A DNA stretch of 64,000 nucleotides from Minisyncoccota bacterium (GCA_041664265.1 JBAYLD010000001.1:40051-104050); one strand, 5' to 3'; counted from the stretch's first letter, positions 45,420-55,385 are shown. The notes: generated by a model from the letters alone, not told the origin. Translations and numbers: made by a program.

Positions 45420-46262
45420 ATGAATAAGCGAGGATTAATACTAGACCTCGATAATACATTATACAATTGGGTCGATGCTTTTCTTCCTAGTTTCCGAGCT
45501 ATGATTCACAAGTTATCACACGAGCTTAGCATAGAGGAAGAGGAGATACTTGACGATTTCCGTGATGTATATCTAAAGCACGGCACCGTAGAGTACCCCA
45601 GAGCTGTCAATGAGCTAACCCTTTGGGACAGAAACAAGATCTCTGATAAAGAAAGAAAACGAATTTCTGAGATTGTCGACAAAGTCTTCTCCATCAATTA
45701 CCGGAGTCATTTACGTCTTTTTCCCAATGTACGAGAAGTTTTAATGTGGACTCGAGAAGAAGGGATCCCGGTAATAGGTCTTTCTGATGCTCTTGAACGT
45801 TGGGTCTGTTATCGGCTCAGAATCCTTGGAATCGAGAAGTACTTTGCAGGCCTCTATACATGGCAGCATGATCAATGGTTTGATGATCGTCATCCGCATC
45901 ATAGTTCTATAAAAACACGCGTCCAGCTTAATAGCAACGAATTGAAACCAAATTTGGAAGTTGTTAATCGAGTTCTTGCGGATTTCTCATTAAACAGGGA
46001 AACCACATTCATGGTGGGAGATAGCCTATCAAAGGATATCGCTGTAGCACAGACTGCTGGGGTCAATGATGTCTGGGCCCGATATGGCACACGCCCGCAT
46101 GAGCTAAATCTTAATACTCTTCGACGGATTACTCCTTGGTCTGAGTCGGAGAAGGCTAAGGAGAAGAACGCCAAGTTACACATTGTACCTACTTTCATAA
46201 TTGATGACTTTCATGAACTAATCGGCCTGATCGGCACTCGTAGACCAAAGCTTTTTGACTAG
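45420..46262 (+). CDS. HAD-superfamily hydrolase (phosphatase-like)
   Basis: Motif I 'LILDLDNTLY' (DxDxT), motif IV 'MVGDSLSKDI'. Confidence 0.7.
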   Translation: MNKRGLILDLDNTLYNWVDAFLPSFRAMIHKLSHELSIEEEEILDDFRDVYLKHGTVEYPRAVNELTLWDRNKISDKERKRISEIVDKVFSINYRSHLRLFPNVREVLMWTREEGIPVIGLSDALERWVCYRLRILGIEKYFAGLYTWQHDQWFDDRHPHHSSIKTRVQLNSNELKPNLEVVNRVLADFSLNRETTFMVGDSLSKDIAVAQTAGVNDVWARYGTRPHELNLNTLRRITPWSESEKAKEKNAKLHIVPTFIIDDFHELIGLIGTRRPKLFD

Positions 46263-46268
46263 GAAAGA

Positions 46269-47351
46269 TTGATGCACTTCGGAAATGTGGAACTTGATGC
46301 AGCATTTATAGATGCAGAGGATATCGTCGCCAAGCTGCATTTCCTCGACCAAATGGAAAGACGATGGCCATATAATCCTGCAAAGGGCGTCTCTTTGTCC
46401 GAGCGTGTGGCCTGCTCCCTAACCCAACTTCCACCTGAACTACAGCAATTCGCTCTCGCCGTGTTCACTAATGTAATATACCTCCCAGATACACTCCTAA
46501 GAGAGTCATGGAGCTACCTGGCAAGCAAGATCGCTAGAGACCTCGGTATCACAGTATGTAACCTTTTCGAGCAATCTCACCTCTTGGAAGTTGATCCTAG
46601 TGGCCTTATCCCGACTTTTCTCCATGAAAATAAAGTGCATGGCCGCCTCGATACAGATCACTTCTCTCGTCTGCAGTCAATTGATGAATTGGCTAACAAT
46701 CTGCGGCTTATTGGTTTATCTGACAAACAAGAAGAGGGATCTGTACATGGAATTCGTTTGGCTTTTAGTCGACCATTTTGGCTACTTCTCTCAGATAACG
46801 TTCTCAGCGGAACCTCGGTCGCATCCGATCTAAGCCGCTGTGACCGTCTGATTAATGCTTACTCGAAGCTCGGTACTCCAAAGATAATCCCAGTAACGCA
46901 AGTTCTTACGTCCTCAGCCGAATCCTCCGTGCTTTCATCCTGGACCACTACATTCGCTCTCCGCTTTGACAAACAGTTTCAAGTTCTGCCTGGTAATGAA
47001 GATTGTAGCCTATTTAGCAGACGGGATACATTAGACGGAGCCATACGTCTTTGTGACTGGTTTGCTAGCCAAGATTGGTTTTCTAAGGACGATCGCTTAA
47101 CCGCGACCTTACAGAAGAGCGGAGACAACATGGCATATGGTTATAAAAGGGGAGGATGGACTATTGTCACTCCAAACTGCCCCACAAACTCACTTCCAAT
47201 TCTATGGTATGAGCGGGAAGGTGTATATAAGGCCCCCTTTCCAAGGATAATGTCAAGGACATCTCAAATGAAAGGGCACGGAGAGGAGTTGACGGAGGAC
47301 GCCATCTCCTTGGCGCCCCGAGTTCTCAAGAAGTTAGGGGTGGTTGACTAA
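46269..47351 (+). CDS. Hypothetical protein, paralog A (N-terminal 'FxNVELDAAF' motif)
   Basis: ORF only. Shares an N-terminal motif with the next gene. Confidence 0.4.
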   Translation: MMHFGNVELDAAFIDAEDIVAKLHFLDQMERRWPYNPAKGVSLSERVACSLTQLPPELQQFALAVFTNVIYLPDTLLRESWSYLASKIARDLGITVCNLFEQSHLLEVDPSGLIPTFLHENKVHGRLDTDHFSRLQSIDELANNLRLIGLSDKQEEGSVHGIRLAFSRPFWLLLSDNVLSGTSVASDLSRCDRLINAYSKLGTPKIIPVTQVLTSSAESSVLSSWTTTFALRFDKQFQVLPGNEDCSLFSRRDTLDGAIRLCDWFASQDWFSKDDRLTATLQKSGDNMAYGYKRGGWTIVTPNCPTNSLPILWYEREGVYKAPFPRIMSRTSQMKGHGEELTEDAISLAPRVLKKLGVVD

Positions 47352-48409
47352 TGCGCACTTACTTTGATGGAGTCGAACTAGATGCAATATTCCATTCCAT
47401 CCGAGATATGCCAATTGTCCTTGTTGCTACACCAAACTATGAGGAACGTTCGATTGGGTTCTCGCAATGGTTTCTCCATACTTGTCACTCTCAAAAGATT
47501 GATCCAGCAAAAATATTCGCTCAATTCTTGTGGCCTCAAGGAACCTCTTCGCGAGTCGATCTTCTGGAAAAATTAAAAATATCTCAGATTGATAAGCTTT
47601 CTGAACAGCTTCAGTATTGCGCATGGACCCGATCTGTCTTCAGCTACCCAGATGACTTTAATGAAAGACAGGTTATTGATTTAATTCATGAAGCAACTAA
47701 TAAATTTAGCGATGAGCCCTTTAGTCTGATTATAGATATTTCCTGTATGCCTAGGCGAGTAATAGTATCTGTGTGTGATGCTGTTGTCGAGAAAATTAGA
47801 TGTGTTGATAAAGCAGTCCGCCCCCTAGTTTTTTTCGTATACGCGTCGCCGAAAAAGTATGCGGCGATGCGGTACGCGCAGAATATCGGCAATGTTAAAG
47901 GTTATTTCTCTGGCCGTCCCATTCACAATTGCCCTTCCGATCATGTGACCGCTCTGATTTTTGCAAGTTTACAGGGGTACGAAGGCAAAGTGCTCTATGA
48001 TGAGGTCCGAAGCAGGATCAGAAGCTCGGTAACTACATTCGTGGCGGTAAGTGGAGCAGATTACCAAACATCGCTCGCGACAATGAGAGCAAACCAATTC
48101 CTTATGGAGCAGAGAGACATAGACGTCTCGTACTATTTTTCTTTAATGGATGGAATGGAGAAATTAGCAAAACGCATCGAAGCCGAAGGTTTGGTGGGGG
48201 GAGGGAGTGGACTTTCTAGAATGGTGTTAGTCGCTCCCTTCGGCCCAAAGGTTTTTACACTTGGGGCATATTTCATGCTTTCTAACCTACGCTCAGTCAA
48301 TGACTCCATCCAAACTGAAATTGCCCACGTCAGCGGCTTTCAGTATCTTTCATTGTACTCGCTCGGGCTAAGTCATTTTAACGTATTTAAACTATGTGTG
48401 GAGATCTGA
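47351..48409 (+). CDS. Hypothetical protein, paralog B (N-terminal 'FDGVELDAIF' motif)
   Basis: ORF only. Start overlaps the stop of the previous gene. Confidence 0.4.
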   Translation: MRTYFDGVELDAIFHSIRDMPIVLVATPNYEERSIGFSQWFLHTCHSQKIDPAKIFAQFLWPQGTSSRVDLLEKLKISQIDKLSEQLQYCAWTRSVFSYPDDFNERQVIDLIHEATNKFSDEPFSLIIDISCMPRRVIVSVCDAVVEKIRCVDKAVRPLVFFVYASPKKYAAMRYAQNIGNVKGYFSGRPIHNCPSDHVTALIFASLQGYEGKVLYDEVRSRIRSSVTTFVAVSGADYQTSLATMRANQFLMEQRDIDVSYYFSLMDGMEKLAKRIEAEGLVGGGSGLSRMVLVAPFGPKVFTLGAYFMLSNLRSVNDSIQTEIAHVSGFQYLSLYSLGLSHFNVFKLCVEI

Positions 48410-49067
48410 TTCTGTGACGGTAATAAAAATCTGCGATGTGAGAAAGCCGGAGGTAGCATCTTTTTGTGCTTCATGCGGTGCAGAAATGATTGGCCTACAC
48501 TGTATTTGGCACCCTCCGTCCGGAGAGAAATTAGCAACTTTCCAGGATATTTTTAGAGTAGTGCAAGGGCGATGCAAGTGTGTTTTAGTTACCCGTCAAA
48601 AGGATATTCCAACAATCATAGACATGATACAAGGGATGGCATGGGACTATATCCAACTGCATTCGGACTGGGCCCTTAGCAGTATCAATCAGCTTAGGGC
48701 GAGACTGAGTGAAAGCGGCAGATCACTTGGCTTAATCGGTGTTATTGAGATCAGTATGCAAGGCATAACACGAATTAAAAAAATTGCAGAAGCTACAGAT
48801 ATTCTTCTTCTTGATAGCTCGATTCGTGGTGGAAGTGGGACATCCGCGTCATCTGCATTACTTGAACAGGCGGTATCGCATATTCAATCCAAGCCCTTTT
48901 TAATTGCCGGGGGACTTCGAGAAGAGAATGTTTCTCATATAATAGAAAAATATCACCCGTGGGGAGTCGATGTTCAGTCCGGGGTTGAGAAGCCCGGCGG
49001 CAGCAGAGAAAAAGATTTCGACATGATACGGGGGTTCATCTCTACCGTGCGATCCCCAACACGATGA
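48396..49067 (+). CDS. Phosphoribosylanthranilate-isomerase-like (TrpF-fold) TIM-barrel enzyme, standalone with no other trp genes
   Basis: 'IKICDV' (compare IKICGI), 'YIQLHSD' (LHG), 'LLDSSIRGGSGTS', 'LIAGGLREENV...WGVDVQSGVEKPGGSREKD' match the TrpF C-terminal phosphate-binding pattern. Confidence 0.5.
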   Translation: MWRSDSVTVIKICDVRKPEVASFCASCGAEMIGLHCIWHPPSGEKLATFQDIFRVVQGRCKCVLVTRQKDIPTIIDMIQGMAWDYIQLHSDWALSSINQLRARLSESGRSLGLIGVIEISMQGITRIKKIAEATDILLLDSSIRGGSGTSASSALLEQAVSHIQSKPFLIAGGLREENVSHIIEKYHPWGVDVQSGVEKPGGSREKDFDMIRGFISTVRSPTR

Positions 49068-49762
49068 TATGCAAGATCTGTATTTAACTCCTCTTTAACA
49101 GTTGAAAAAGTATGTTTAGCGATATTGGGAACATAGGTAACATAAAAATAGTCTTGGCACTACACTTTGATCTTTGACGTGACACCGTGACACTATGCGC
49201 TATCGCAAGGTAAGCACGACACCGGAAGGACACGAAGGACGCGAGAATTGGACATCTGTACCTCGTGGTTATTCCGATGAAATCGGCCAGTCGTTCCGAT
49301 TCAAATCGGCCACCCTGTCGGAGCGAAGCGACGCCGGCTTTTTAATTCTGTCTCATAATGACTTTCTCAGGTCAAGCCGGAATGTTTTTTTCTCATGGAT
49401 CCTCCCTTCATTTTTATTTTATGGGCGTTGTGAATCAGACGATCGAGGATGGCGTCGGCGATGGTAGAATCACCGATATGCTCATGCCAGTTCTCTATCG
49501 GTAACTGACTGGGAATGATCGTTGAGGCCTTTTAGGGAGGCGTACCGACGCTGGATAATTTAAGCTGAAGCTGAAGCCATTAAGTCACCGGTCAAAATTT
49601 ACCGGAGGGGTTCAATGGCAGCAGAAAGGTTATCCATGCGCACCATCAGAGAGATTTTAAGACTGCACTGGGAGCACCATCTTTCCCAGAAGCAGATAGC
49701 CATAAGGAAGAGGATTTGGAGTGTATCGTAACTTTCGTCGGAGCTCGCTTTTTGTCGGAGGA

Positions 49763-50497
49763 TTAAACTTCCTTTTCCACGCTCGCGATGATATCTCGAA
49801 CAAGACCATCCAAATTCCAGAACGGGTCACCGGTATGGAACCGCGAAAGCTTCTCCACAATTTTTTTGTGTTCGGGCGCACACATTGATGGTAATCCGAA
49901 AACTGACAGCCATGGTTGGGAGTTTTGTACAACATTATTGAAAATTTCCGAGACATGCCATGAAAACATGTCGTAGTCATCTCCGCGATATCGTGGGTAA
50001 TGTTCGAAGAAATATTCGTAAAAAATAAAATGTAATAATTCGTGCGCAATGACAACATTTACGTACCGTTTGTTGCGGTGGCGATATGGAACTTGGAAGG
50101 TTTTATCATCAAGAAATCGCGGATAAATACCCCAGATCGTAGAATATGCGATGTACTTCCCTTTTGGCCAAGGATAATCGCCGAAGATTTGTCGAACGAG
50201 TTCATCAAACTTTGGTTCAATGTCCCGCCATTTGCGCTCATAGTGTGCAAGATTTGAGGCAATACTTTGGGCCAAATCTTCATACTTGTTTTTTACGAAT
50301 CGAATGACATCGGTACGGCAACCGACAAAGCGTACGCCTTGAAACCACTTTTTGCACGTTTGATATTTATCGAGTACGGCCCATTTTAAACTTCTACCGC
50401 TATTATATTCTGCATCTGAGACAAATCTGAAAAAGCTGGCGACATCCTTATTTGCGTCAGCTCTAAATATTATCCGTTTGCGTAATCTATATCCCAC
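49763..50497 (-). CDS. Hypothetical protein with HExxH motif ('VVIAHELLHFIFYEYFFEH'); candidate metallopeptidase downstream of the radical-SAM gene
   Basis: HELLH plus a downstream Glu. Same strand, 57 nt after the rSAM stop. Confidence 0.35.
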   Translation of the reverse strand: MGYRLRKRIIFRADANKDVASFFRFVSDAEYNSGRSLKWAVLDKYQTCKKWFQGVRFVGCRTDVIRFVKNKYEDLAQSIASNLAHYERKWRDIEPKFDELVRQIFGDYPWPKGKYIAYSTIWGIYPRFLDDKTFQVPYRHRNKRYVNVVIAHELLHFIFYEYFFEHYPRYRGDDYDMFSWHVSEIFNNVVQNSQPWLSVFGLPSMCAPEHKKIVEKLSRFHTGDPFWNLDGLVRDIIASVEKEV

Positions 50498-50554
50498 AAA
50501 ATTGAGTGGCAGAGATTATTTAATCTCTGCCACTCAATAATAACATCAAGCGAA

Positions 50555-51940
50555 TTAAGCGGCAATTGACGTGCTATACGTTTGCCAAATTAACCACTCA
50601 AGCGAAAGGTTACTGTGTGGGCAAATTCTCCGATCGATATTCCATCGGTCACCGGTCTTCAGTTCAGCACTGGCCGGGCAGCCACCACCACAAATGCCTA
50701 ACGACTTACAATCCAAGCATCCTTCCATGAAGATTGGAGAGCGTTTCTTCCAATTCTCGAAAAGACCATCTTGAACCGGATCATAAGTCGGGTCAAGAAC
50801 TGATCCTCGGAAGTATGTCCTGGGTTTTACGAAGTCCTGGCAAGCACCGATCCGCCCATCAGGAGCAATGACGATCTGACTTCCATTGACGCCACAATCA
50901 ATAAAAATAGGCTCTCGTTTAACAAACGCCCGAGCCTTTCGCATCATCCGTTCTTCGTAAATGCCACGTTCACGAAAAACTTCGAATGCTTTTATGAGGC
51001 AAATTGCCGCAGCCTGATAATAATCTTCCCCTGTAGACATCTGCGGACTGTAATGTAGAATGTTAAAACTCAGACCATCCCGAATCCCGAGTTCCTCTAC
51101 AAAGTATGTGAGAACCTCATCGAAGTTTTCCACCACTTCCGGCGTGAGGGTTGCAGAAAGGCCAACCATTGCTCCGCATTCGCGCCCTAACTTGTACGCT
51201 CGTTCAGCTTTTTCGAAAGTTCCGCCTTTCCCTCGTTTTGCGATTCGGTGCAAATCATTGAGATGCCGAGGGCCATCCAACGAAATACCAATCGTGACCT
51301 GATGATCTGCAAGAAACTGTGCCATATCGCGTGTCAATAATGCGCCATTGGTCACTATCACCATTTTCGTCGTTTCCGGCAATGAACCAGACGACTTCAA
51401 CTCTTCTGTCCTCGTGACTGCTTTTTGCACTCCGGGCGAATTTAAGAGCGGCTCACCGCCATAGAGATGGATTACGCGTTTCGCCGATTTGCTGTCGCCA
51501 TACCGCGTAGTAAGGCGGGCGAACGTCTCTAGACCGTGAGAAATTACTTCGTCGCTCATCTTTGATGCCTTGAACGATAGTGCCTTTGGCGTGTCCTCAA
51601 AACAGTAGCGACACTGGAAATTGCAGCCATCGGTCAAAAGCAAATAACAGAGATTCATACGAACGTTTTCAACCAGAGACAGACGGGATTGAGCCAGTAG
51701 ATCATCATCCTGCGTCGCTGTACTCACCAACAACTGTTCGGCGATTAATTGATCAATCACATCACCGAATACCGATTTTAGTAGCGTTCGGGAGGGTGTG
51801 CTGTGTACAGCTGAGAGCAAACAATTTCCCTGCTCCTCCGGGAGGAATACCAGATTCAAGGTAAGAGAATTTATCAACGCCATCACCCCTTCACGTACCG
51901 ACGATTTACACCAACGAGATACGCATAATTCTTCTGACAT
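50555..51940 (-). CDS. Radical SAM / SPASM-domain peptide maturase
   Basis: 'CNFQCRYC' CxxxCxxC about 100 aa from the N-terminus, with an RRE-like extension before it. C-terminal SPASM Cys cluster 'CLDCKSLGICGGGCPASAE'. 461 aa. Confidence 0.8.
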   Translation of the reverse strand: MSEELCVSRWCKSSVREGVMALINSLTLNLVFLPEEQGNCLLSAVHSTPSRTLLKSVFGDVIDQLIAEQLLVSTATQDDDLLAQSRLSLVENVRMNLCYLLLTDGCNFQCRYCFEDTPKALSFKASKMSDEVISHGLETFARLTTRYGDSKSAKRVIHLYGGEPLLNSPGVQKAVTRTEELKSSGSLPETTKMVIVTNGALLTRDMAQFLADHQVTIGISLDGPRHLNDLHRIAKRGKGGTFEKAERAYKLGRECGAMVGLSATLTPEVVENFDEVLTYFVEELGIRDGLSFNILHYSPQMSTGEDYYQAAAICLIKAFEVFRERGIYEERMMRKARAFVKREPIFIDCGVNGSQIVIAPDGRIGACQDFVKPRTYFRGSVLDPTYDPVQDGLFENWKKRSPIFMEGCLDCKSLGICGGGCPASAELKTGDRWNIDRRICPHSNLSLEWLIWQTYSTSIAA

Positions 51941-52055
51941 TTCCCCTCTCCAGATAATAGAACGCGGAGGTTTTTGACCCTCCCGCTCAAATTATGAAGC
52001 AACTATGGGAATTACTCGGCTTCTGTTTCTGGGTTCGCATGATCGAGGAGGCGAG

Positions 52056-52193
52056 TTATCTGGGACAATATGAGCAATCGGTGTAGCAGCATTTCATGTC
52101 ATTATTGGTCATCCCAGAGAGTTTTCTAAGTACTTCGGATCGAATCTTCTTCGTAGCCACAACAACTTCGAGACTGTTTTTTTTCTTTTCCAC
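52056..52193 (-). CDS. Unannotated 45-aa precursor peptide with a Cys-rich C-terminal core (SCIFF/ranthipeptide-like RiPP precursor)
   Basis: Hand-translated minus strand: GTG start 7 nt after GGAGGTG. VEKKKNSLEVVVATKKIRSEVLRKLSGMTNNDMKCCYTDCSYCPR*. Sits 115 nt upstream of the rSAM gene on the same strand. Confidence 0.45.
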   Translation of the reverse strand: MEKKKNSLEVVVATKKIRSEVLRKLSGMTNNDMKCCYTDCSYCPR

Positions 52194-52473
52194 AAATTTT
52201 CACCTCCTTTCTTACTTAGATTTGCTGGATCTTATTATAAAACACCATGATATTCCGAATACCTACTAAATACCACCGAACATATTATGGCACAGCGACC
52301 TAAAGAACACAAGAATATGTACATTAATACCCATATTGACCCTTTCTAAATTTTCAAAAACCTACCTTGGACAGATGTGATACCAATATTATTGTCACGA
52401 ACCCAATGAAAGCCCCCGACCTTAAAAGTCAGGGGCTGTGGATAACCGGCCACGCCGGTAATGTTTAATATCC

Positions 52474-52689
52474 TCAATCGTGGCAATTCGACCCGCCATC
52501 GGCATAGATAATCATAGTCTTGCCGTACCCTCCCTTGTTGAGGGAATATTTATGCCCGCAATCGAGGACAACGGTTTTGCCTTTCAGGAAATCCACCACT
52601 TCCCGGGTCGTCACCTGCTTCTTTCCTTTCACCACTGGACAGAAGTCCAGCGGCAAGTGTTCCAGTTGCATCGCTGGCCTCCTTTCCAA
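52474..52689 (-). CDS. Hypothetical small protein (degenerate zinc-ribbon-like)
   Basis: ORF followed (minus strand) by a hairpin plus T-rich stretch at about 52410-52440. Confidence 0.25.
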   Translation of the reverse strand: MERRPAMQLEHLPLDFCPVVKGKKQVTTREVVDFLKGKTVVLDCGHKYSLNKGGYGKTMIIYADGGSNCHD

Positions 52690-52704
52690 AATGACTTGGT
52701 GGGA

Positions 52705-53448
52705 TTAATTGGCTATCTTGAGGATGGTGTTATGAAGCTGGATAAGCTTTTCCATAATGGATATGGGTGGGCTGGATTTCAGGCATTCAGTGCCTGCATT
52801 GTAGAAGCTCCATATGTTGCGGGGCCGGAATTCCTCAAAGCTCGGCCTCAACCATTCAGCTTTCAAGACTGGCAGTTGCCGGGGACTGATGATGTTGTTT
52901 CCGAACAATACCCCCATCAACTGGAAGGCTTCCAGGTTGTCCAGTGGCAGGGCCTTGAATGCCGCCGCGTCCGCCACGATCTGCTCGTAATTCTTCTGGC
53001 TTCTATAGATAGTGGCGATGGCGGTTTCTTCCAGTTCCATCCAGACATTCTTGGTGTGCTTTCTCATTACGACAATTTCGCCGCTTAAGGCCAGGTTGTC
53101 GCAGACGAAGACCGTAGCGCCAATCGCCATCCCGATGGCCATGGAGCGGTCGTAGGAATTACGGAACGCGATTGACAGGCCCAAATCTGCCTTGTCGTTC
53201 TTGAACTTCAAGACCGCAAAGAGCTGGTTTCCCTGGCGGGCAATGCCGTAATTCTCTCCGATCAGGACGTAATCCCGCAGAATGTCCTGGCTGATGGTCA
53301 GGAATTTGTCGGCCAGGTGATAATGGCTGACCGGCACATAGCTTTCCGTGGGCTCAGGCAGGGGGATCAGGTCCAGGCGATCCCTGGTGACCAATTCCCC
53401 GCCCCGGTGCATCAATATCTCGTTCATTTTTTTCCTCCTTTCTCTCAT
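52705..53448 (-). CDS. DUF932-like phage/plasmid-associated protein
   Basis: 'LGLSIAFRNSYDRSMAIGMAIGATVFVCDNLALSGE' resembles the conserved core of DUF932 proteins found with RadC on mobile elements. Confidence 0.35.
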   Translation of the reverse strand: MRERRKKMNEILMHRGGELVTRDRLDLIPLPEPTESYVPVSHYHLADKFLTISQDILRDYVLIGENYGIARQGNQLFAVLKFKNDKADLGLSIAFRNSYDRSMAIGMAIGATVFVCDNLALSGEIVVMRKHTKNVWMELEETAIATIYRSQKNYEQIVADAAAFKALPLDNLEAFQLMGVLFGNNIISPRQLPVLKAEWLRPSFEEFRPRNIWSFYNAGTECLKSSPPISIMEKLIQLHNTILKIAN

Positions 53449-53891
53449 ATGAGACCCTCTTCCCGGAAGGAAAAGGTCCGGTCGCCGATGATGACATGAT
53501 CCAAGACGTCTATGCCGATGATGGCGCCGGCGTCCTTTAACTGCTTGGTCAGTCTGATATCCTCCTGACTGGGCTTGCAGTTTCCCGACGGGTGGTTATG
53601 ACCGACAACGATAGAGCAGGCGCCGCGCTTAATGGCCCGGCGGAAGACTTCGCGGGGATGGACCAGACTGGCATTCAACGTGCCCAGGCTGACCAGCTCC
53701 ACGAATTTAACCCTGTTGTTGGTGCTGAGCGTGATGACCCAGAAATGCTCTCTTTCCCGCGCAAGGCAGTCGCCCTTTTTGAGGATCTTCCGCAAATGCT
53801 CGGCCACCGCGCCGGAACTGCTCAACTCAACCTTCTCTCTCGACACAATCATAGGCGCCTCCGTTCCTGGTTTGCCTGCTCGCTTCCTCAA
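53445..53891 (-). CDS. RadC-like JAB/MPN-domain protein
   Basis: JAMM motif 'HNHPSG' followed by 'S..D' ('SQEDIRLT'). Confidence 0.7.
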   Translation of the reverse strand: MRKRAGKPGTEAPMIVSREKVELSSSGAVAEHLRKILKKGDCLAREREHFWVITLSTNNRVKFVELVSLGTLNASLVHPREVFRRAIKRGACSIVVGHNHPSGNCKPSQEDIRLTKQLKDAGAIIGIDVLDHVIIGDRTFSFREEGLI

Positions 53892-54156
53892 ACATCCTGA
53901 CGATTTTGTTTTTCGTCAGTCTGTTCTTGCTGCGGATGAGCCGGTTCAGATACTCTGAGATTTCGGCAAATTCCCGATCCTCAGCCTTCATAGCCTCCCA
54001 TTCCGTCAGCAACTCTTTGTTCATCAGGGATTCGACTACGCCGCCGATAATCTGGTTCACTACCTGGGTCATGGGTAGGCCCAGGTAGTGTGCCAAGAAG
54101 TAAAGAAACGGGATGTAATCCGCCCTGATCTTGGGGCTGTAATGTCCTTTGCACAT
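53827..54156 (-). CDS. Hypothetical protein
   Basis: Start at MCKGH (54156) with a GGGAGG SD. Confidence 0.3.
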   Translation of the reverse strand: MCKGHYSPKIRADYIPFLYFLAHYLGLPMTQVVNQIIGGVVESLMNKELLTEWEAMKAEDREFAEISEYLNRLIRSKNRLTKNKIVRMFEEASRQTRNGGAYDCVEREG

Positions 54157-54172
54157 ATTCAGCCTCCCTTCT

Positions 54173-55021
54173 TCAAGCGTACGCGGGAATCGGTTCGTCC
54201 CCACTTCGCTTTTCCACCGGCCCGATTTCCAGATTGCCTTTCCATTCCCCGCAGGGCCGCTCATACTCGCAGTCATTGCAAATGAAGGACTGCCGGGGGA
54301 AGAAGATGCCTGATCTGATCCCTCGGAGCACCTCCTTGGCGAGGTGGAAGAGCCGCGCATAGTCCTGTGGTTTCCGGGCTGCCGCGTCCAGCACATTGAG
54401 CTTGGGCGTCCGGGTCTTCACGAAATTGACCACTTTGAGACGCTGCGGGTCCCTCCCGAAGAGAACGCGGTAGGCGTAGCTGTAGGTGGTGAGTTGGAGC
54501 AGGTCGTCGACGCTGTCCGCATCCAGGGACCTGGCCGAGGTCTTGAACTCCGTGATCGTGTCATTCGCCTCAATCAGGTCGATGAAGCCGTCCAGGGGTG
54601 CGCCCAGGTTCTCGCCGGTGAGCGGGTTGACCAGGGGTACCCGGAAGGGTAATTCCGCCTGCACCATGCCGTTCAGAGGCGAGTGGTAATAGAGGCCGAG
54701 TAATTCCCTGGCCATGACCAGGAGCTTGCTTGCGTCCTCCCCATCCTTGAATCTGATTTTCTCCTCGCACTGCTGGCTGTACCAGTCCGCTTCCAGAATC
54801 CGGTACAGTTGGTCCAGGGTGACTTGGCGCTGTTCGATCCGGTGCTTGTGGAACCAGTCGATCGTAGAATGGATCACGCTGCCGAAAGCCAGGCCCGAAG
54901 ACTTGAAGGGCTTGGGCAGCCGGTCTACATACTGGAAACGATACTTGAGGCCGCAAAGCAGATACACGTTGATCTGGCTTGCCGAGAGGTGGTCGGGTTC
55001 ATAAGCTACCATTGCCGCCAC
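54173..55021 (-). CDS. PD-(D/E)xK nuclease, Cas4/RecB-exonuclease-like, with C-terminal Cys cluster
   Basis: 'GFIDLIEANDTITEFKTS' (D...E-x-K) and C-terminal 'CNDCEYERPCGEW'. Confidence 0.5.
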   Translation of the reverse strand: MAAMVAYEPDHLSASQINVYLLCGLKYRFQYVDRLPKPFKSSGLAFGSVIHSTIDWFHKHRIEQRQVTLDQLYRILEADWYSQQCEEKIRFKDGEDASKLLVMARELLGLYYHSPLNGMVQAELPFRVPLVNPLTGENLGAPLDGFIDLIEANDTITEFKTSARSLDADSVDDLLQLTTYSYAYRVLFGRDPQRLKVVNFVKTRTPKLNVLDAAARKPQDYARLFHLAKEVLRGIRSGIFFPRQSFICNDCEYERPCGEWKGNLEIGPVEKRSGDEPIPAYA

Positions 55022-55385
55022 CTCCCTTCTGCCGGGCCAGCCGTCGTTCTATTTCCCGGCTCGCTTCCATTTTGGTTACCTGCTTGAGATTACCCACCCC
55101 GAAGGTCTTCTTCAGTTCTTCATGGGCCGCGTCCTTCTCGATCCCTTTTTCCGCCAGCAGGCGGAAGAGATACCGCTTCTGCGCATCCGTCATGGGCGCA
55201 TAGTTGCCACCGTCCGCCGGCGGTCTTTCCCCGTTGCCATTGCCTCCTTTCTCACTGTCGCCTTTATCCTCCTTTCCTCCCTGCTGCCCCGTACTGGGAT
55301 CGCCTTTCACGATCAGCCGGATACGGCAGAGCAGCTCTCCGGACTCCGTCCGGAACTCCAAAATCCTTCTTGCTTCCTCGTCCAT
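54999..55385 (-). CDS. Hypothetical protein
   Basis: Start at MDEEARR (55385) with an AGGAGG SD. Confidence 0.3.
   Translation of the reverse strand: MDEEARRILEFRTESGELLCRIRLIVKGDPSTGQQGGKEDKGDSEKGGNGNGERPPADGGNYAPMTDAQKRYLFRLLAEKGIEKDAAHEELKKTFGVGNLKQVTKMEASREIERRLARQKGGGGNGSL

Noticed and set aside
52480-53088. 202-aa ORF on the plus strand antisense to the DUF932-like gene and the small 71-aa gene
   Set aside because: No motifs. It overlaps two minus-strand genes that carry recognisable domains. Likely spurious.
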